This document shows, in pieces, positions 35,831-48,629 of a stretch of DNA of 64,000 bases. Positions within the stretch are counted from its first letter, which is position 1; each line of letters opens with the position of its first letter. The translations under genes and the position numbers were made by a program. The notes beneath the pieces are model-generated. The model did no database searches. It saw nothing but the letters and a program-made list of their open reading frames with translations, and was not told the DNA's origin. This DNA is from Octopus sinensis (taxonomy: Eukaryota): positions 1-64,000 of the forward strand of contig NW_021832856.1 of the NCBI RefSeq assembly GCF_006345805.1, in the 5' to 3' direction.

Positions 35831-36402
35831 ATATACTCTTTACAAAAACGTATATATGTATGTATGTCTAAGCAATCGAATGATAATTTGTTTATACTTT
35901 TGCCGGACCAAAGATATTTGGCTATCAAATTATTATCAATCGTAAAATTAAAAAAAAAAAATTGGTAATTCTCCGTAGAATTCATAAAACTCCTAATGTT
36001 CATCTCATCTTAGTAATATGTGAATAATTTACGTAAGTAGTGAGAGAGAAAAAGAATGAACAGAAAAGCAACCTGATTCATCATCATCATTATTATTATT
36101 ATTAATATTGTTATTATTATTGTTGTTGTTGTTATCATCTTTGTCATCGCCATTATCATCGTATCATCATTGATGTAGTAATCACATAATCCTAGAAATG
36201 ATATCTAAGATTTCATACAATTTTCGTCTCTACAGCTTATCCGATGTGCTACACGGAAATTAAATGTAAAGTATTTATACAACACACTTACTCCCCCCCA
36301 CACACACACGCACGCACATACATATACATGTGTATATATGTATATATATATATATATAAAAGAATATATATAAAGCTACATATATATATATATATGTTTA
36401 TA

Positions 36403-36443
<41 letters not shown>

Positions 36444-37190
36444 GTATATATGTATACGTATATATATATATATATGCATATACTTTTTACTAAAGGAAGT
36501 ACCAACCGCATAAATAATACGGCTTATGTCATTTATGCTGTACATTGAACAAACTGACTACGATTGAGGTACGCAATAAGACAAGGGGCTGAAACATCTG
36601 TCATAAAATGTCTGTTGTTTCACTAATGTCGTTGAGTGTTGGTCGTTAGAACATTGTGAACAGAGGCGTGTCAATCGATAAACGGTCCCTGATGATTTCA
36701 TAAGCGGATATCCTGTGGTATATACAAGCGCCAGACAATGAGCAGTTGTGGGTAGTTTTGTGCCTGTTATTATATATCTGTCATTCTTTAGACCTATCTA
36801 TCTCAGTGCGCACGCACACACGCACACACACACACACAAACATACGCACAGACGTATACACGTAAAGATTGATGGAGCCATCCGTTAGTCACACGAGGAA
36901 AGTTTTGCTTCGGCCTTAGCTTGCAAAGCAGCGGGTGCTGTGAGCAAAGACAGCCACATGTGTGAAAGTCGACGTGAAGTGTTGGTATTTTCCATGATTT
37001 TGCTATTATATTCCATGATTCTCTTCTAAACATTTCGGTGAACCCCAATGCGATTGCCAGTCATGACGCGTCCCTTTGTGCATATAATTTATTGGTCGAT
37101 ATATATCTGTGTATTTAGATAGATAGGCATGTCTGTGTATATATATGTGCAGATACATATATATAAACACACACATATACATATATATAT

Positions 37191-37227
<37 letters not shown>

Positions 37228-37319
37228 GTGTATAAGGGTGAAAAGGTACACACGAGTTGATATATATGAAAAAACTAGTCAAAATAGAAAATGCTAAAAT
37301 AATTTTATAAAGAACATTT

Positions 37320-37357
37320 CAGTACCGGTTTCGGTCATTTTGAGACCTTTTCAACTG
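37320..37357 (-). ncRNA. Minimal hammerhead-like motif in a Penelope-terminus-like unit (about 37250-37400)
   Basis: Minus strand cag-UUGAAAA-GGUC-ucaaaau-GACC-GAAA-CCGG-UA-cug. Stems I-III are formable with palindromic ACCGGU; the core deviates from CUGANGA. Confidence 0.5.
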
Positions 37358-37922
37358 TAACGATTAAATAATTAAATTTAGAAAAATTAGAAGAAAAGTT
37401 TTTTTAAAGGAATATTTGTATAGTAGTGTTCAAATATAAGTGGCATTCTGCCTTTCTCTGACTCTCTTGTTTGCACTTGTGTGTTCGAGGTCGTTGTGAA
37501 TTCTTGGTAGGGTAGAAGAAGAAGAAGGCTGAAGAGGAGAGGGGGTGGAAAAATTTGGGAGTGCCTTGATTGTTGTATTTTGAATGGTTGAAGCTATTTT
37601 TTGTGCGCGTGTGTGTGCGAGCGTGAATGAAGGTAAGTATATATTTTTTGGCGAATGTGTGGGTGAGCATGTGTGCTTCAAGTGAGGGTGGATGAGTATA
37701 TACATATAGGCGCATGGATGTGGGTGAGCGGGCGCGCCTGTGTGTGTATGTATGGACATGCGCGCTTACGCGATTACTATGAACATTTTTACTCCCTTAC
37801 CTTTACTCCCTCCTCTCACTTAGCGGTCATTCTAATAGCTCTTTTCTCTTAATAACGGTCAATCACACAGTAATTTCCTTTTATTTAAGCGGTCATGTTC
37901 ATAGCATTTTTTTCGATGGCCA

Positions 37923-37983
37923 GATAACTGAAGAGATGCTGGTGTGGGTTTCCGCCACGACATCCGAAACTCGGAGTTTTATC
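37923..37983 (+). ncRNA. Type-I hammerhead ribozyme motif
   Basis: GAUAA-CUGAAGA-GAUG...CAUC-C-GAAA-CUCGGAG-UU-UUAUC: canonical core, 5-bp stem I, stem II with extension, short stem III; H17 is U. Confidence 0.7.
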
Positions 37984-38149
37984 ATGGCTACCGATTAATT
38001 GTCACATTATATTTACATGTAAATTCCTCTATTTACATAATATCGAGGACTTTTTCATTCTTTTGTTGTCTTGCACTATCGATCTATCAATCCTATCTGT
38101 CTATCTATTTATCTATCAATCTATCTATTTATCTATCTGATGCACCACC

Positions 38150-38938
38150 ATTTTGCGCTACACTGTTATTACTAGGAGCCTCCTCTAATATGTGGCACTT
38201 GATGAAGAATAGAGTTTGATATAGCTACTCTCATTTGCACCTCTTGCCGTGAGGTAGGCTCATCTGGGACTCTCGACAGGAAGAGGTCCAGCTCTGATTA
38301 AAAAAACCCTACATCTACTTTGCGCAGGTTCCTCAGACTCTTTGGGGGGATATTAAAAATATGTGCTCCCTTGAAACCCAGGCTGTTGCAGTAACTGGTC
38401 CTGAAGCATGATGGCATTGCTGGGATCTTTGGTACTATGCAGTGTTATCCCGTTCTCGCATTGGTGTAGCTTTTAATGCCAAAATTTTGCACAATTCCTT
38501 CCAGGATCTTCCAGATATATATTACTGCATACCTCTCCCGTCTTCTCTCCAGGGAGTAGAGTCTTAGCTGTTTCAACCTTTTCCAGTAGCTGAGCTGTTG
38601 CAAAGAGACGATCTTCTTTGTGAATCTTCTCTGGATTGCTTCAAGGTCCGCTGTTAATCTCACACTGGTGGGTGACCATAGCTGTGAGCAGTAATCCAGG
38701 CGGCTGAGGACGAATGTCCGCCAGAGGACCATCATGGTTTCCTTATCTCTGGTTCTGAATGTTCTTAGGATCCATCCAGTCAGTCGTCTGCACTTTGTCG
38801 CCACCCTGGTAATGTGCACTTGGAAAGAGGTATCATCACTCATGTCGATACCCAGGTCCCTCACAGACTTAGGCTCTGGGATTGAAATTCCCTGTGGACC
38901 GGTGTACCCTGTAAGTTTAATATTCAGTTTTGGATGCT
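38150..38938 (-). mobile_element. CR1-group LINE 3' fragment
   Basis: [18 protein letters not shown]...[15 protein letters not shown]...LERRRERYAVIYIWKIL...CNSLGF...VPDEPTSRQE; 5' end abuts (TA)n. Confidence 0.9.
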
Positions 38939-38994
<56 letters not shown>

Positions 38995-39136
38995 TACATA
39001 TATACATACATATATATATATTACATATACAAATACATATACACATATACATATATATATACAAATACATATACACATATACATATATATATACAAATAC
39101 ATATACATATACATATATATATACATATACATATAC

Positions 39137-39173
<37 letters not shown>

Positions 39174-39199
39174 AATATATATATATATATATATATATT

Positions 39200-40473
39200 C
39201 CTTTATTCTTTTATTCGTTTCAACCACGCAATTGCGATCATGCTGGAGCACCACTGGGATTTTGTACTTTTACTTATAATTGTCCTTCGGTTGATTTCCT
39301 CAGGGTCGTAGAGTCTCACATCACCACTCCTGTGTGTACCGTTATCCCGGCTGTTGGCCTATTTGGTGTATGAGGGAGTTTGACTACTCTGCCATCGTCT
39401 GCGCCTAATGCCGGGCCGTCGGTTCATCCGGTATTGTAGAGAGGAGAATGTCTAGTTCCCTTCTGAAGACATTTACGCCGACATTATGAAGGTTTCTTAA
39501 TTTTTGTGGCAGGACATTGAAGAACTGTAGACCTTTGAACTAATGCATTGCCTGTTCCTTAAGGATACCTTTGGTACAATACAATGGCGTTAAGTTCGGG
39601 CATTTATATATCGCTCAATGACGAAATTAGGTAGTAGCACATTATTACTTATCTGTCTCATCTTCGCTACAAGTAGTAAAGTCGTAGTTTTTTCAGTATC
39701 TACCTGGAGCTAATCGGTTGCATTTCTTCAATCTTGTAGGACTGCTTCTTCTCCGCGTTTAGTTTGGCACTAGGTGGTGAGCATAGCTGAGAGTAGTAGT
39801 CCAGGCAGCTGAGAACAAAGGCCATCCAGAGGGGCAACATAAGTTGTTTTCTTTTTCTGAAGGACCTTCCATCCTGAAGGACCAGCTATGTATGTATGTA
39901 TGTATAAAATGGGAATGAAGAGATTTTTATCAGAAGATTCAATTACTTAATTTAATGGTTCATACATCTGAAGGTATCCATCCTAACAGTTGTCTGCCCA
40001 TTACTGCCATCTTGGTAATGTGCATATGAAATGATGGATCATTGTGCATGCTGATCTCCAAGTGTTTCGCTGCTGTGAGTCTGGGATTGCAGCACCTTCA
40101 GGTCCTGTATACGCAGGATTGTGCATTGCTTGAAATTTTCCCGCATTAAACTGCATGTTGTTTAAGTCAACCCGCTTGTATACTGCATTCAGTTCCTGCT
40201 GTATAAATTGCAACGACACTTGCATTTTTTATTGCTCGTCATAATCTTGTATCATCGGTGTAGTTAGTGAGAGTGGTTGTATGAATGGACGTGGGCATGT
40301 TTAAGAGGGGTATTATAAACAATAATGAATCAGGGACAGTTTCCTGGGGGATGCCATTCAGAAATTGAGTTACCTCACAAAGGGCACCATTATCTGCAAA
40401 TGCCCGACTTCTGTCTTTAAAGAAGCCATGCAGCTACTCTCTCAGTTTACCAGCAATGCCAAGGTCTCGCATC
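39200..40473 (-). mobile_element. Second, more decayed CR1-group LINE fragment including RT core and 3' tail
   Basis: GIPQETVPDSLLFII, NYTDDTRL, LSCLDYYSQLCSP, FFNVLPQKLRNL, IPDEPT; 3' tail gtggtgctccagcatgatcgc...gaaacgaataaaagaataaag. Confidence 0.85.
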
Positions 40474-40550
40474 TATGTATGTATGTATAAAATGGGAATG
40501 AAGAGATTTTTATCAGAAGACTCAGTTACTTAATTTAATGGTTCATACAT
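39887..40550 (+). repeat. Two about 78-bp direct repeats (39887-39967 and 40474-40550) bracketing a LINE RT segment
   Basis: (tatg)n-tataaaatgggaatgaagagatttttatcagaaga(t/c)tca(a/g)ttacttaatttaatggttcatacat; 2 substitutions between the copies. Confidence 0.95.
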
Positions 40551-41399
40551 AAGAAAAAATGCCGGGCGTTAAATTTTGAATACATTATTAGTGTTATCAT
40601 CATCATCATCATTGACACCACCACCGTCGCTGCTGCCATAGCCGCCGCCGCCGCCACCACCACCACCACCATCATCAAATTTCTCCTCCTCGTTATTATT
40701 ATTATTATTATTATTATCATTATTATTATTCGGAACAAACAACCATAATCTTCTTTTGGACATAAAACAAATTAAGAATATAATGGATTACACTTAATGG
40801 TATCGATTAGTTGTTAGTTTTTAAAGCAACTTAGAATGAAAAAAACAAACATAACCCCCAAAAAATGCAAAGCAAAACAAATCAATGTGAAACTAAAGAG
40901 AAATAATAATAAAAGAAAAGAATGCGTGTGTTTGTATATATACATATATATATAATTATATACATATATATACATATTTATACAATAGAAGCAATTGAAG
41001 TATATATATATATTATATTCATTGGAATGGTTTAAACGGATAAAAAGAATTATAGATCTGTGAGTCTGATTACAATTTAACGGTGGTGTCTGTTTAGATA
41101 ATTAAAATAGATTTATCCAGTAACTAACATTATTAAATTATTTCTATAAAAGGATTGTTGTGTTCATATAGATAAAAATAACAAAACTAATAAATATATG
41201 TATAAGCTATTATCTTTTGCTGCGCATGTCAAATGAATTTTCCGCTTTTTTTTTCCTTTCAATTCACTTCACAGACATAACTATAAATTTTTCATTCATT
41301 CTTTCCTTTGTTTTCCTTCCATTCTTCTTCTTTTCCTCATGTATCTTTTTTATTTGTTTATCTGTTTATGTTTGCTGTAATTCACATTCGCCATGTTTG

Positions 41400-42230
41400 T
41401 TATCGTATTGAGCAATCGTTCACCGTCGTTGTCCTTTTCCTAAAAGCTGACAGGGCCTTGTCTTTAACATATTTTGATATCACTTTATTTTGTATTTTCT
41501 CATAATCAAGCGTCATTTTCGACATTTTCACCATCAGCTTGTAATTTTCGAAAATCCTTTTCGAAATTTTATCCATCTCTCGACATAGCTGAAAATATCT
41601 GTCGACATCTGCATTCCTAATAGCAAGTCCTCTGAAAAACCCATCAAGATGATTCGGAATAGAAGAACGATACAAAGACTTGTGCAATTTGCGGTACAGG
41701 TTTCGGAATTCGATTTTCGTTTGGTTAAACATAACATCCATTTCAGTATAGAGATTAGTTATTCGTTTTTTCAATTCGTAATAATCATATGACATGTCGG
41801 ATAATCTACTCATATTAATATCATGATTAAAATCTGTGATAATCGTCAGGTCACAAAGATTATCTACCTCCTGTGTTTTCCCTCCATTTTCTACGAACAA
41901 AGTAGGGTTCGCGATCTTAACATTATTACGTTCACAATCAACCTGAAAGCTTTTCACTTCTGATTCACGCGCTAAAATTTCGTTCGATACTGTAGAAATG
42001 GAATGTTCCAAATTTTGGTTTGATAGAGGAGAGAAATATTTTTGTTTATCGCTTGAAGTATCGTTCTCTTCAATTATATCCACTAATGGTTTTTCCCAAT
42101 CATTTCTGTCCACTTCTGAAGAACCTAACCTGATAAAGCCGCAAAATCTTCTTGATTTCGTGTACTCTTTCTTCAATTTTGATAAAAGACTTTTATGTTT
42201 CTTTAAATTACCATGTTTTATAATGTTCAT
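41400..42230 (-). CDS. 276-aa uncharacterised protein (single ORF or large exon); predicted helical C-terminal half
   Basis: Only long, non-low-complexity, non-TE ORF in the window. There is an in-frame stop just upstream of the ATG and an AATAAA about 50 nt after the stop. No domain recognised. Confidence 0.55.
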   Translation of the reverse strand: MNIIKHGNLKKHKSLLSKLKKEYTKSRRFCGFIRLGSSEVDRNDWEKPLVDIIEENDTSSDKQKYFSPLSNQNLEHSISTVSNEILARESEVKSFQVDCERNNVKIANPTLFVENGGKTQEVDNLCDLTIITDFNHDINMSRLSDMSYDYYELKKRITNLYTEMDVMFNQTKIEFRNLYRKLHKSLYRSSIPNHLDGFFRGLAIRNADVDRYFQLCREMDKISKRIFENYKLMVKMSKMTLDYEKIQNKVISKYVKDKALSAFRKRTTTVNDCSIR

Positions 42231-43769
42231 CTTTCAACACAATTCTTCAGATTCTTCTGTTTACCTTTTGGATCATTCTCACCGTATTCCCACCAATTCT
42301 ATTAACAAACTTTTTGGTTTTTGACGTCACAAAAGTCAGATGACAAATTTAATCAGAGATTTCAACGTAGACATTGATTGAGAAGAAAACTAAAGCTGAG
42401 CTTTTTCAAAACATTTATCTTTTATTTTCCCATTGAAGAAAACAGTCAAGGTCGATGAACTCTTGTTGTTGTTGATGTTGTTTCTTCTTAGATCAAACTA
42501 ACTATAAGCAGACATTTAATCATAGACTCTTCTGTCATAACAATTAGGTTTTCTTTGTTTTGTCAGTTTATCTAGTCTCACATTATCCATTGTGTTCATC
42601 TATTTCTATGATAATGCTACAAGTTTCGCTAGGGGTTATAGCATACAAAATTCGGCTTTTTTGCTAGCTGGTTCCTCCTGCAGTGGTTTAGTTTCAAATC
42701 AGCTCTGAACCAGAAGAGCTATGCTTAAAAGCGTTCCATCCATAATAACATCCTCTGTTTTTTTCTTTATAAGTCATAGAATGTATAGCACTATGTTATA
42801 CAACTTTCTTCCATTTTAAAAATATTGGAGATCGAATAATACCATGGTGGTTCAAACGTTATTAGAACGACAGTTGTTGCTGTTTAGCCCTAGGTCAAGC
42901 CTGAGAAAGCAGAGCTATAATGAAAAGGCTTTCCAACTGGGACCACACTGTTGTTTTTGTTTCTCAGATACAGTGCCTAGAGGATCTTATCCAACGTCAT
43001 TCATTTTAGAAATGTTGATTTTGAGGAGATGGCTGCTATTCCGAGCAAGATGTGTAACCAGGTAAAGCCTCCAATGATGGTTAGTTGAAAGAAATGTGGT
43101 AGGGAGGGTTAGATGAAATATTTGTGAGTTTACTTTTGAAACTCTTATGTTTTGAGTTCAAATTGTACTGTAGTTGGCCGTCCCTCAAATATATACCAGT
43201 AATCTATGGCTTCAGTTCATCATCACCGTTACCATCACCGGCGGTAACAACGTCGTCGTCGTCATCATAATTGTCGTCATTGTCATCGACATTGTTATTG
43301 CCATTGTCATCATCAATATCGTCAACGACGTCATCATCATCATCCTTGTTGTTGCCATCATAATTATTATCACCGTCATTGTAGCAGTATGTATCATTTG
43401 CCTTCAGAAGGTTACAAAATACCATGGGCCATTCTTAAGCCATGGCAGGATATGCGTTCAGATCACAATGACTACCACTATGGATTTTGTACAATGCTGC
43501 ATCCATTCCGTCCGTCCAGCCCCTACACTGGTACTTCATTTATGGAGCCTGAAATAATGGAAAACAAATCTGATCTCAGTGGAATTCGAACTCGGAGGAT
43601 AAGGAACCTGAAGAAATGCAGAAAGTCGTGTTTGACCCCTTCAAATCCAACAACCTGGGATGTGAGACAGCCACAGTCGTGGGTTCTTTTCTGTCTTCTC
43701 GGAGAAACACCTGATGTATCATAGTCTTTACTTTTATCTCTGTTACGAGTTCAAATCTTGTTTAGGCGG

Positions 43770-44090
43770 GATGACGCCATGCAACCTTTCCATTCTTCTG
43801 GAAGTAAAATCTGGCTGCCCAGGTGCTCATAAATGCTCTCTGAGAGAATTCCTCTTAATAGTTTCCACACTAATGGTAAGCAAGTGTTGATCTTTAAGTA
43901 CTAGCTATATTGCCCTTGCTTAGATCTTTCCTAAGGAGTACCGGTCTCTTTCTAGTCATCTAATTAGGCATCACTCCTCCATTCGGCAATCCTGAACTTG
44001 TTCCCTCAGTCTCCCATCTAAGTTTCTAAATTTCTTTAACCAATACCCTTGAACTAAATCTGGTACAAGGCCCTTCCAATTTGACACTCT
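43770..44090 (-). mobile_element. Dong/R4-clade RT N-terminal fragment
   Basis: KVSNWKGLVPDLVQGYWLKKF...MTRKRPVLLRKDLSKGNIAS...PLVWKLLRGILSESIYEHL..Q.LLPEEWKGC. Confidence 0.8.
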
Positions 44091-44169
44091 TCCTTACACT
44101 TTACTCATTAATGTATTAGATTTTTTTTTAGATCTGGTTGCTTCTTATTAACTACTTCTTTCCTTACAT

Positions 44170-44347
44170 TCAATCTTTGCTCAATTCCACTGAGTGGCAC
44201 TTTGGCCGTGTGCTTTCTACTATAGCCTCGGAGTGACCAAAACATTGTGTGTGTAGATGGAAACTGAAGGAGTCTGTCGAATGTATATGCGGGTTTATGT
44301 GTTTGTGTGTATAAATAAATAAATGTATATATATGTATATATATCTA

Positions 44348-44387
<40 letters not shown>

Positions 44388-44665
44388 TAGATAGATATAC
44401 ATGTATATATATGTGTGTGTGTGTGTGTGTATGTATGTATACACACACACACATGTGTATGTTTGTGTATAAACTCTGCTTGACCACCGGTTCTGATGTG
44501 TTTACAACCTCGTAACTTAACGGTTTGGTAAAAGGAAACGATAGAATAAGTACCACTCTCGAAAAAGTAGTACTGGGGTCGATTCGTTCCACCAACAAAA
44601 ATTCAAGGTGGTGCCCCAGCAGAGGCGCAATTTAGTGACTGAAACGAGGAAAAAAATAAAAGAAT
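44170..44665 (+). mobile_element. SINE family B copy with internal microsatellite
   Basis: ttccactgagtggcactttggccgtgtgctttctactatagcctcgg...gatagaataagtacc...aaggtggtgccccagca...gactgaaac..aataaaagaata. Confidence 0.85.
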
Positions 44666-44670
44666 ATATA

Positions 44671-44965
44671 TGGCCTAGTGGTTAGGGCGTTGCACTCGCG
44701 ATCACGAGGTCGTGGTTTCAGTTCCTAGACGAGTGGTGCGCCGTGTTCTTGAGCAAAACACTTCATCTCACGTTTCTCTGCGATCACTTTGACAGCTGAC
44801 GCGTGGCACACGGTGCACCCGTTCAGACAACGTTTATTTGATGGAGAAAGTGAGTTAATGCGTGGCACGAACATTTGATCACTATAAACAAATCATTTGT
44901 GCAGTTCATTCCACAAAAGAGGAGAGCTCATACGTCGTCTTCGACGGGAGAGTCCATTATGTGTA
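44671..44965 (+). mobile_element. tRNA-derived SINE, family D
   Basis: A box TGGCCTAGTGG at 44671 and B-box-like ggtttcagttcc, followed by gttcttgagcaaaacacttcatctcac. There is no acceptor-stem closure, so it is not a tRNA gene. Confidence 0.75.
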
Positions 44966-45659
44966 TGTGTATATATGTATATACACACATAAATGTGGGT
45001 GCGTATGTGTGCGTATGGAACAGAAGCAGAATTAGATTAGAATAGCTATCTGTGTATCATACTTAATGCAAATGCTTTTCGAAAAGACCAATTAACTGCG
45101 GTATTCGTCTACTTGCTAAGACAAAATCAGTCGCCACTGCTATTAGTCGTTCGAGCGATATCTTGAGTTTGCTGTCATTTATCGTTTATTTTTAGGCGTA
45201 GGCAATATTCTGTTTTCTGCTATGAATGTTGCTTCCTTTATCATTTGTCAATTTTCGACTAATCAAAAATTATAGATTTAAATTTTCAGAATTCTTTACT
45301 TTATAGTCATAATATCTACTTATGTTTTGCTATCAGCCTTTTTTTGTGTGCACGTTATGTGTTGTGGTACACTGCAATCGTTGCTTCATGTGAGCCGGCG
45401 AAAGAGTGTTTTGATTTTGAGACTTATGTAACTGTAGGAGTCGTGAAGTTTACAACTTTCACATTTACAACCAAACTTTTAACGCCTGTTGACCATTGGT
45501 GTTTACTATTGATAAAAAAACTTTAAATATAGAATATTTTTGTCGTGTATAATTAATGCTAATTTATGTTTTGGTATGATGCATTTTGTGCTCAGTTTTA
45601 TAGGGTTTTAATACATTCATCTATTTTATATTTAGGAATGTATTTGATAAACAATGCTT

Positions 45660-45840
45660 TCTAATTTTGGCACAAGACCAACAGTCATAGAAAAGGGGTC
45701 AGTCGATTACAAACGGTATGTATTTTATCGACAAAGTTGACTTAGAGTGGAATTTTGACGCAAAACGTTAAGATCCGGAAGAAATGGCATTAAGCATTTT
45801 GTTTGAATGGCTCTCAATTTGGCCGACTCACTACCTTCTT
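45660..45840 (-). mobile_element. SINE family A copy
   Basis: ctaattttggcacaagacc...tattttatcgacaaagttgacttagagtggaattttgacgcaaaacgttaag...ttggccgactcactacctt. Confidence 0.7.
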
Positions 45841-46154
45841 TGATAAACATAAAACGTCTTATGTGTTGTAGGTATATTACAATAGGTACGGGATCTAGTG
45901 GAGTTGTTGTGCTCTATTTACGTTTGTTCTATGGTTTAATGTATTCCATTGTTAGAACAGCCGCTGTGTATTCTTTGTTTCATTCTCTGTTTTATCTCTG
46001 TTTTATTCGCGATGTTAAATGTTGCTACAAAATTGCAACAAAACATAACCAACTTCAGTTTCCAATAAATTATGCACATTCTACTCTAGGTACGGAGCAT
46101 ATTTCCTTCAGTTGTAAACACACTAATCGAAATATATATGCCAATGTATGTGGA

Positions 46155-46208
<54 letters not shown>

Positions 46209-46287
46209 TTATTGAAAAGCAGCAGAAATATCACAAAAACTGTTACTCAGAGTTTCACGTTCCCGTTCGTATTTATGTATTTACTCC

Positions 46288-46329
<42 letters not shown>

Positions 46330-46467
46330 ATATATATGCACATTCATATGCATGTAAATGTGCGTATTTATAAATATGTGCACATGAATGTGTGTGTGTG
46401 TATTGTATGTGTTATTGTACAAATAGATGTACTACAACTACTACTACTACACCTACTACTACTACAC

Positions 46468-46500
<33 letters not shown>

Positions 46501-46654
46501 AGTGTTGAGCTTCACGTACATTATCATGATTGAGTCTCCTTCCAGTATAATGGTGAAAATTTGCCGTACTTAGTAGGATTACTAGCTAATACGGAGAAAA
46601 TGTCGGAGAAATTGCAATAATGAGAAATTCCTCTTCTTTGTTTCTCTGTTTCAG

Positions 46655-46814
46655 CCTTGTGGTTTTCTGGAATCTTTGCATTATTTGTTCCAAACTCAAA
46701 TGGATGTTTAACCACAACGGATCATCAGCAGACACTTTATTGCATTAAGTTACCGAAAACTAATGTTTCGAGTTGGGTCAATGGCCAGGCAAAGATAAAT
46801 ATTTTGAAGGAGAA
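46655..46814 (+). CDS. Low-confidence internal exon candidate
   Basis: Strong acceptor tcttctttgtttctctgtttcag|, 52 open codons (LWFSGIFALFVPNSNGCLTTTDHQQTLYCIKLPKTNVSSWVNGQAKINILKE) and donor |gtaggc. Phase is not compatible with the neighbouring candidates. Confidence 0.3.
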
Positions 46815-46886
46815 GTAGGCGGAAAGCAATTGGCAGAGAAAGGTGCAAAGGAGCTGAGAAATAAGGGAAAGGGAGGGAGGGAGGGG

Positions 46887-46917
<31 letters not shown>

Positions 46918-48246
46918 GGATAGAAAACACAAAATAGAGAATAAATAGGGTAGAGAAGAAACATAAAAGACAGAAAGAAGAGAGAGAGAGAGAGAGAGAA
47001 ACTGTCAGACAGAAAAGACAAAAGTGTAAAAGAGAAAAAAGAAAGAAAGAAAAGAAAGAAAAGTATAGAAATAACAAGATCAAGTAAGCGAAAACGAATA
47101 TATAAATATATAAATATAGCAACGAAATAATAAAACAGAGAGAGAAGTCAGAGGATATAAACATCTGTCTATCTGTCTGTCTGTCTGTCTATATTAATTT
47201 TTGTTTTCATGTTCAGTTATAGTAAAAACAATTTTACGTAAATCTATATTTGTGTAGAGTACAAATTTATTATTCTTATACAAGAATGTTGTTGACAGTG
47301 ACTTCGAAGGTTAGGCCATGTAAGGCGTAGTTGGGCTTCCAACAGTCCGACGATGTCTTAGCTGGTCAAAACACGCAGCTTAAAGTTTCGTACTTTCATC
47401 AAACTAATCCATTTCGGCAGCTTTGGAGAGACACACGAGGCAAGACCAAGATGGCTTGTAGCCGTTCGGTCGTTATTAGTCAACGCAGGTAACACAGCAT
47501 TATTATTCAGGTAACATAGTGTTATTGGAAGCGAGCTCATTTCAAATTCTAATACCTAGGACCACATGCTAAGCTGCAATATTAGTGAGTGGCTGCCAAC
47601 TCTCTGCCTGAGGGGTATGGCATGGTTAATTCGCGACTTCAGTGCGTCGGTTAAGTTGTATGAAGCCGAGTGATACTAAATAATAATAATAATTGAAACT
47701 CTTACCAAATGTGCTGAGCATTGCTTATATGGGAATGGTTCTTTCATTGTATCTCAGTTCTTTATACCACAATAATCAAAATATATTCTTATAGAAATAA
47801 CAAAAAGGGCGAGTAAAAGACAAGACACTTCCCGAAAAGTCACCTAACGAGACGCATCTGCGCGTATAATGTACTCCATTTTCTCTCTCTCTCTCTCTCT
47901 CACCCACTCACACATACACACACAGAGACAGACACACAGATAATGATAAATCAAAGAGGTAAGCTCTTTTCAAGAAACAACCGAGTAGGGTTCAATTCAT
48001 TGAGCGATTAAAGTATAAATTAAAGACACATTTCGATGTCGATAATACTCCTCATCAAAGCCAACATGTATCTAAATACAGACGGTATATATAAGCCATT
48101 CTAAATATGTTCGCATATTTATATTGGCTTCTTTGTTATCTCCCCTACTTTCCTTCTCGTGTGTGACCCTTCTGTCCGAGTCAGACGCCATGATAGATCG
48201 TTAGCCACTACACACATTTTTTTCTCTCCTTGTTTTCTCTGTGCCC

Positions 48247-48282
48247 CTTTCTGTAGAAGAGCGTAGGCTCGAAACGTAAAAG
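48247..48282 (+). ncRNA. Minimal hammerhead-like motif in a Penelope-terminus-like unit (48190-48365)
   Basis: CUUU-CUGUAGA-A-GAGC-guag-GCUC-GAAA-CG-UA-AAAG: perfect stems I and II, palindromic ACGU, GUA triplet; core has A6 to U. Confidence 0.6.
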
Positions 48283-48362
48283 ACTTTTTCTATACCTGAG
48301 CGTTATACTAATACATCTGTTTGTTTTGTACACCACGTCTTCTGTTTTTTTCGTAAACGCTT

Positions 48363-48434
<72 letters not shown>

Positions 48435-48629
48435 TCTTTGTGCAGATATATGTTGGATGTGTTGGCTTTGATGATGAATGTGTGTGTGTGTTTGTATACA
48501 TACATATGTATTTACATTGAAATATATATCTACATAGAGCTAAGAAGAAAGTACACAAGAACTGAACTCGCAAACTGTTTGAGGATGCTCGGAATAATCG
48601 TCATAATTGTAATGTTTATAATTTTGCAG

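Noticed and set aside
44671-44745. Possible tRNA gene
   Set aside because: A and B boxes are present but there is no cloverleaf closure, and it continues into a SINE body; other tRNA-like heads are likewise SINEs.
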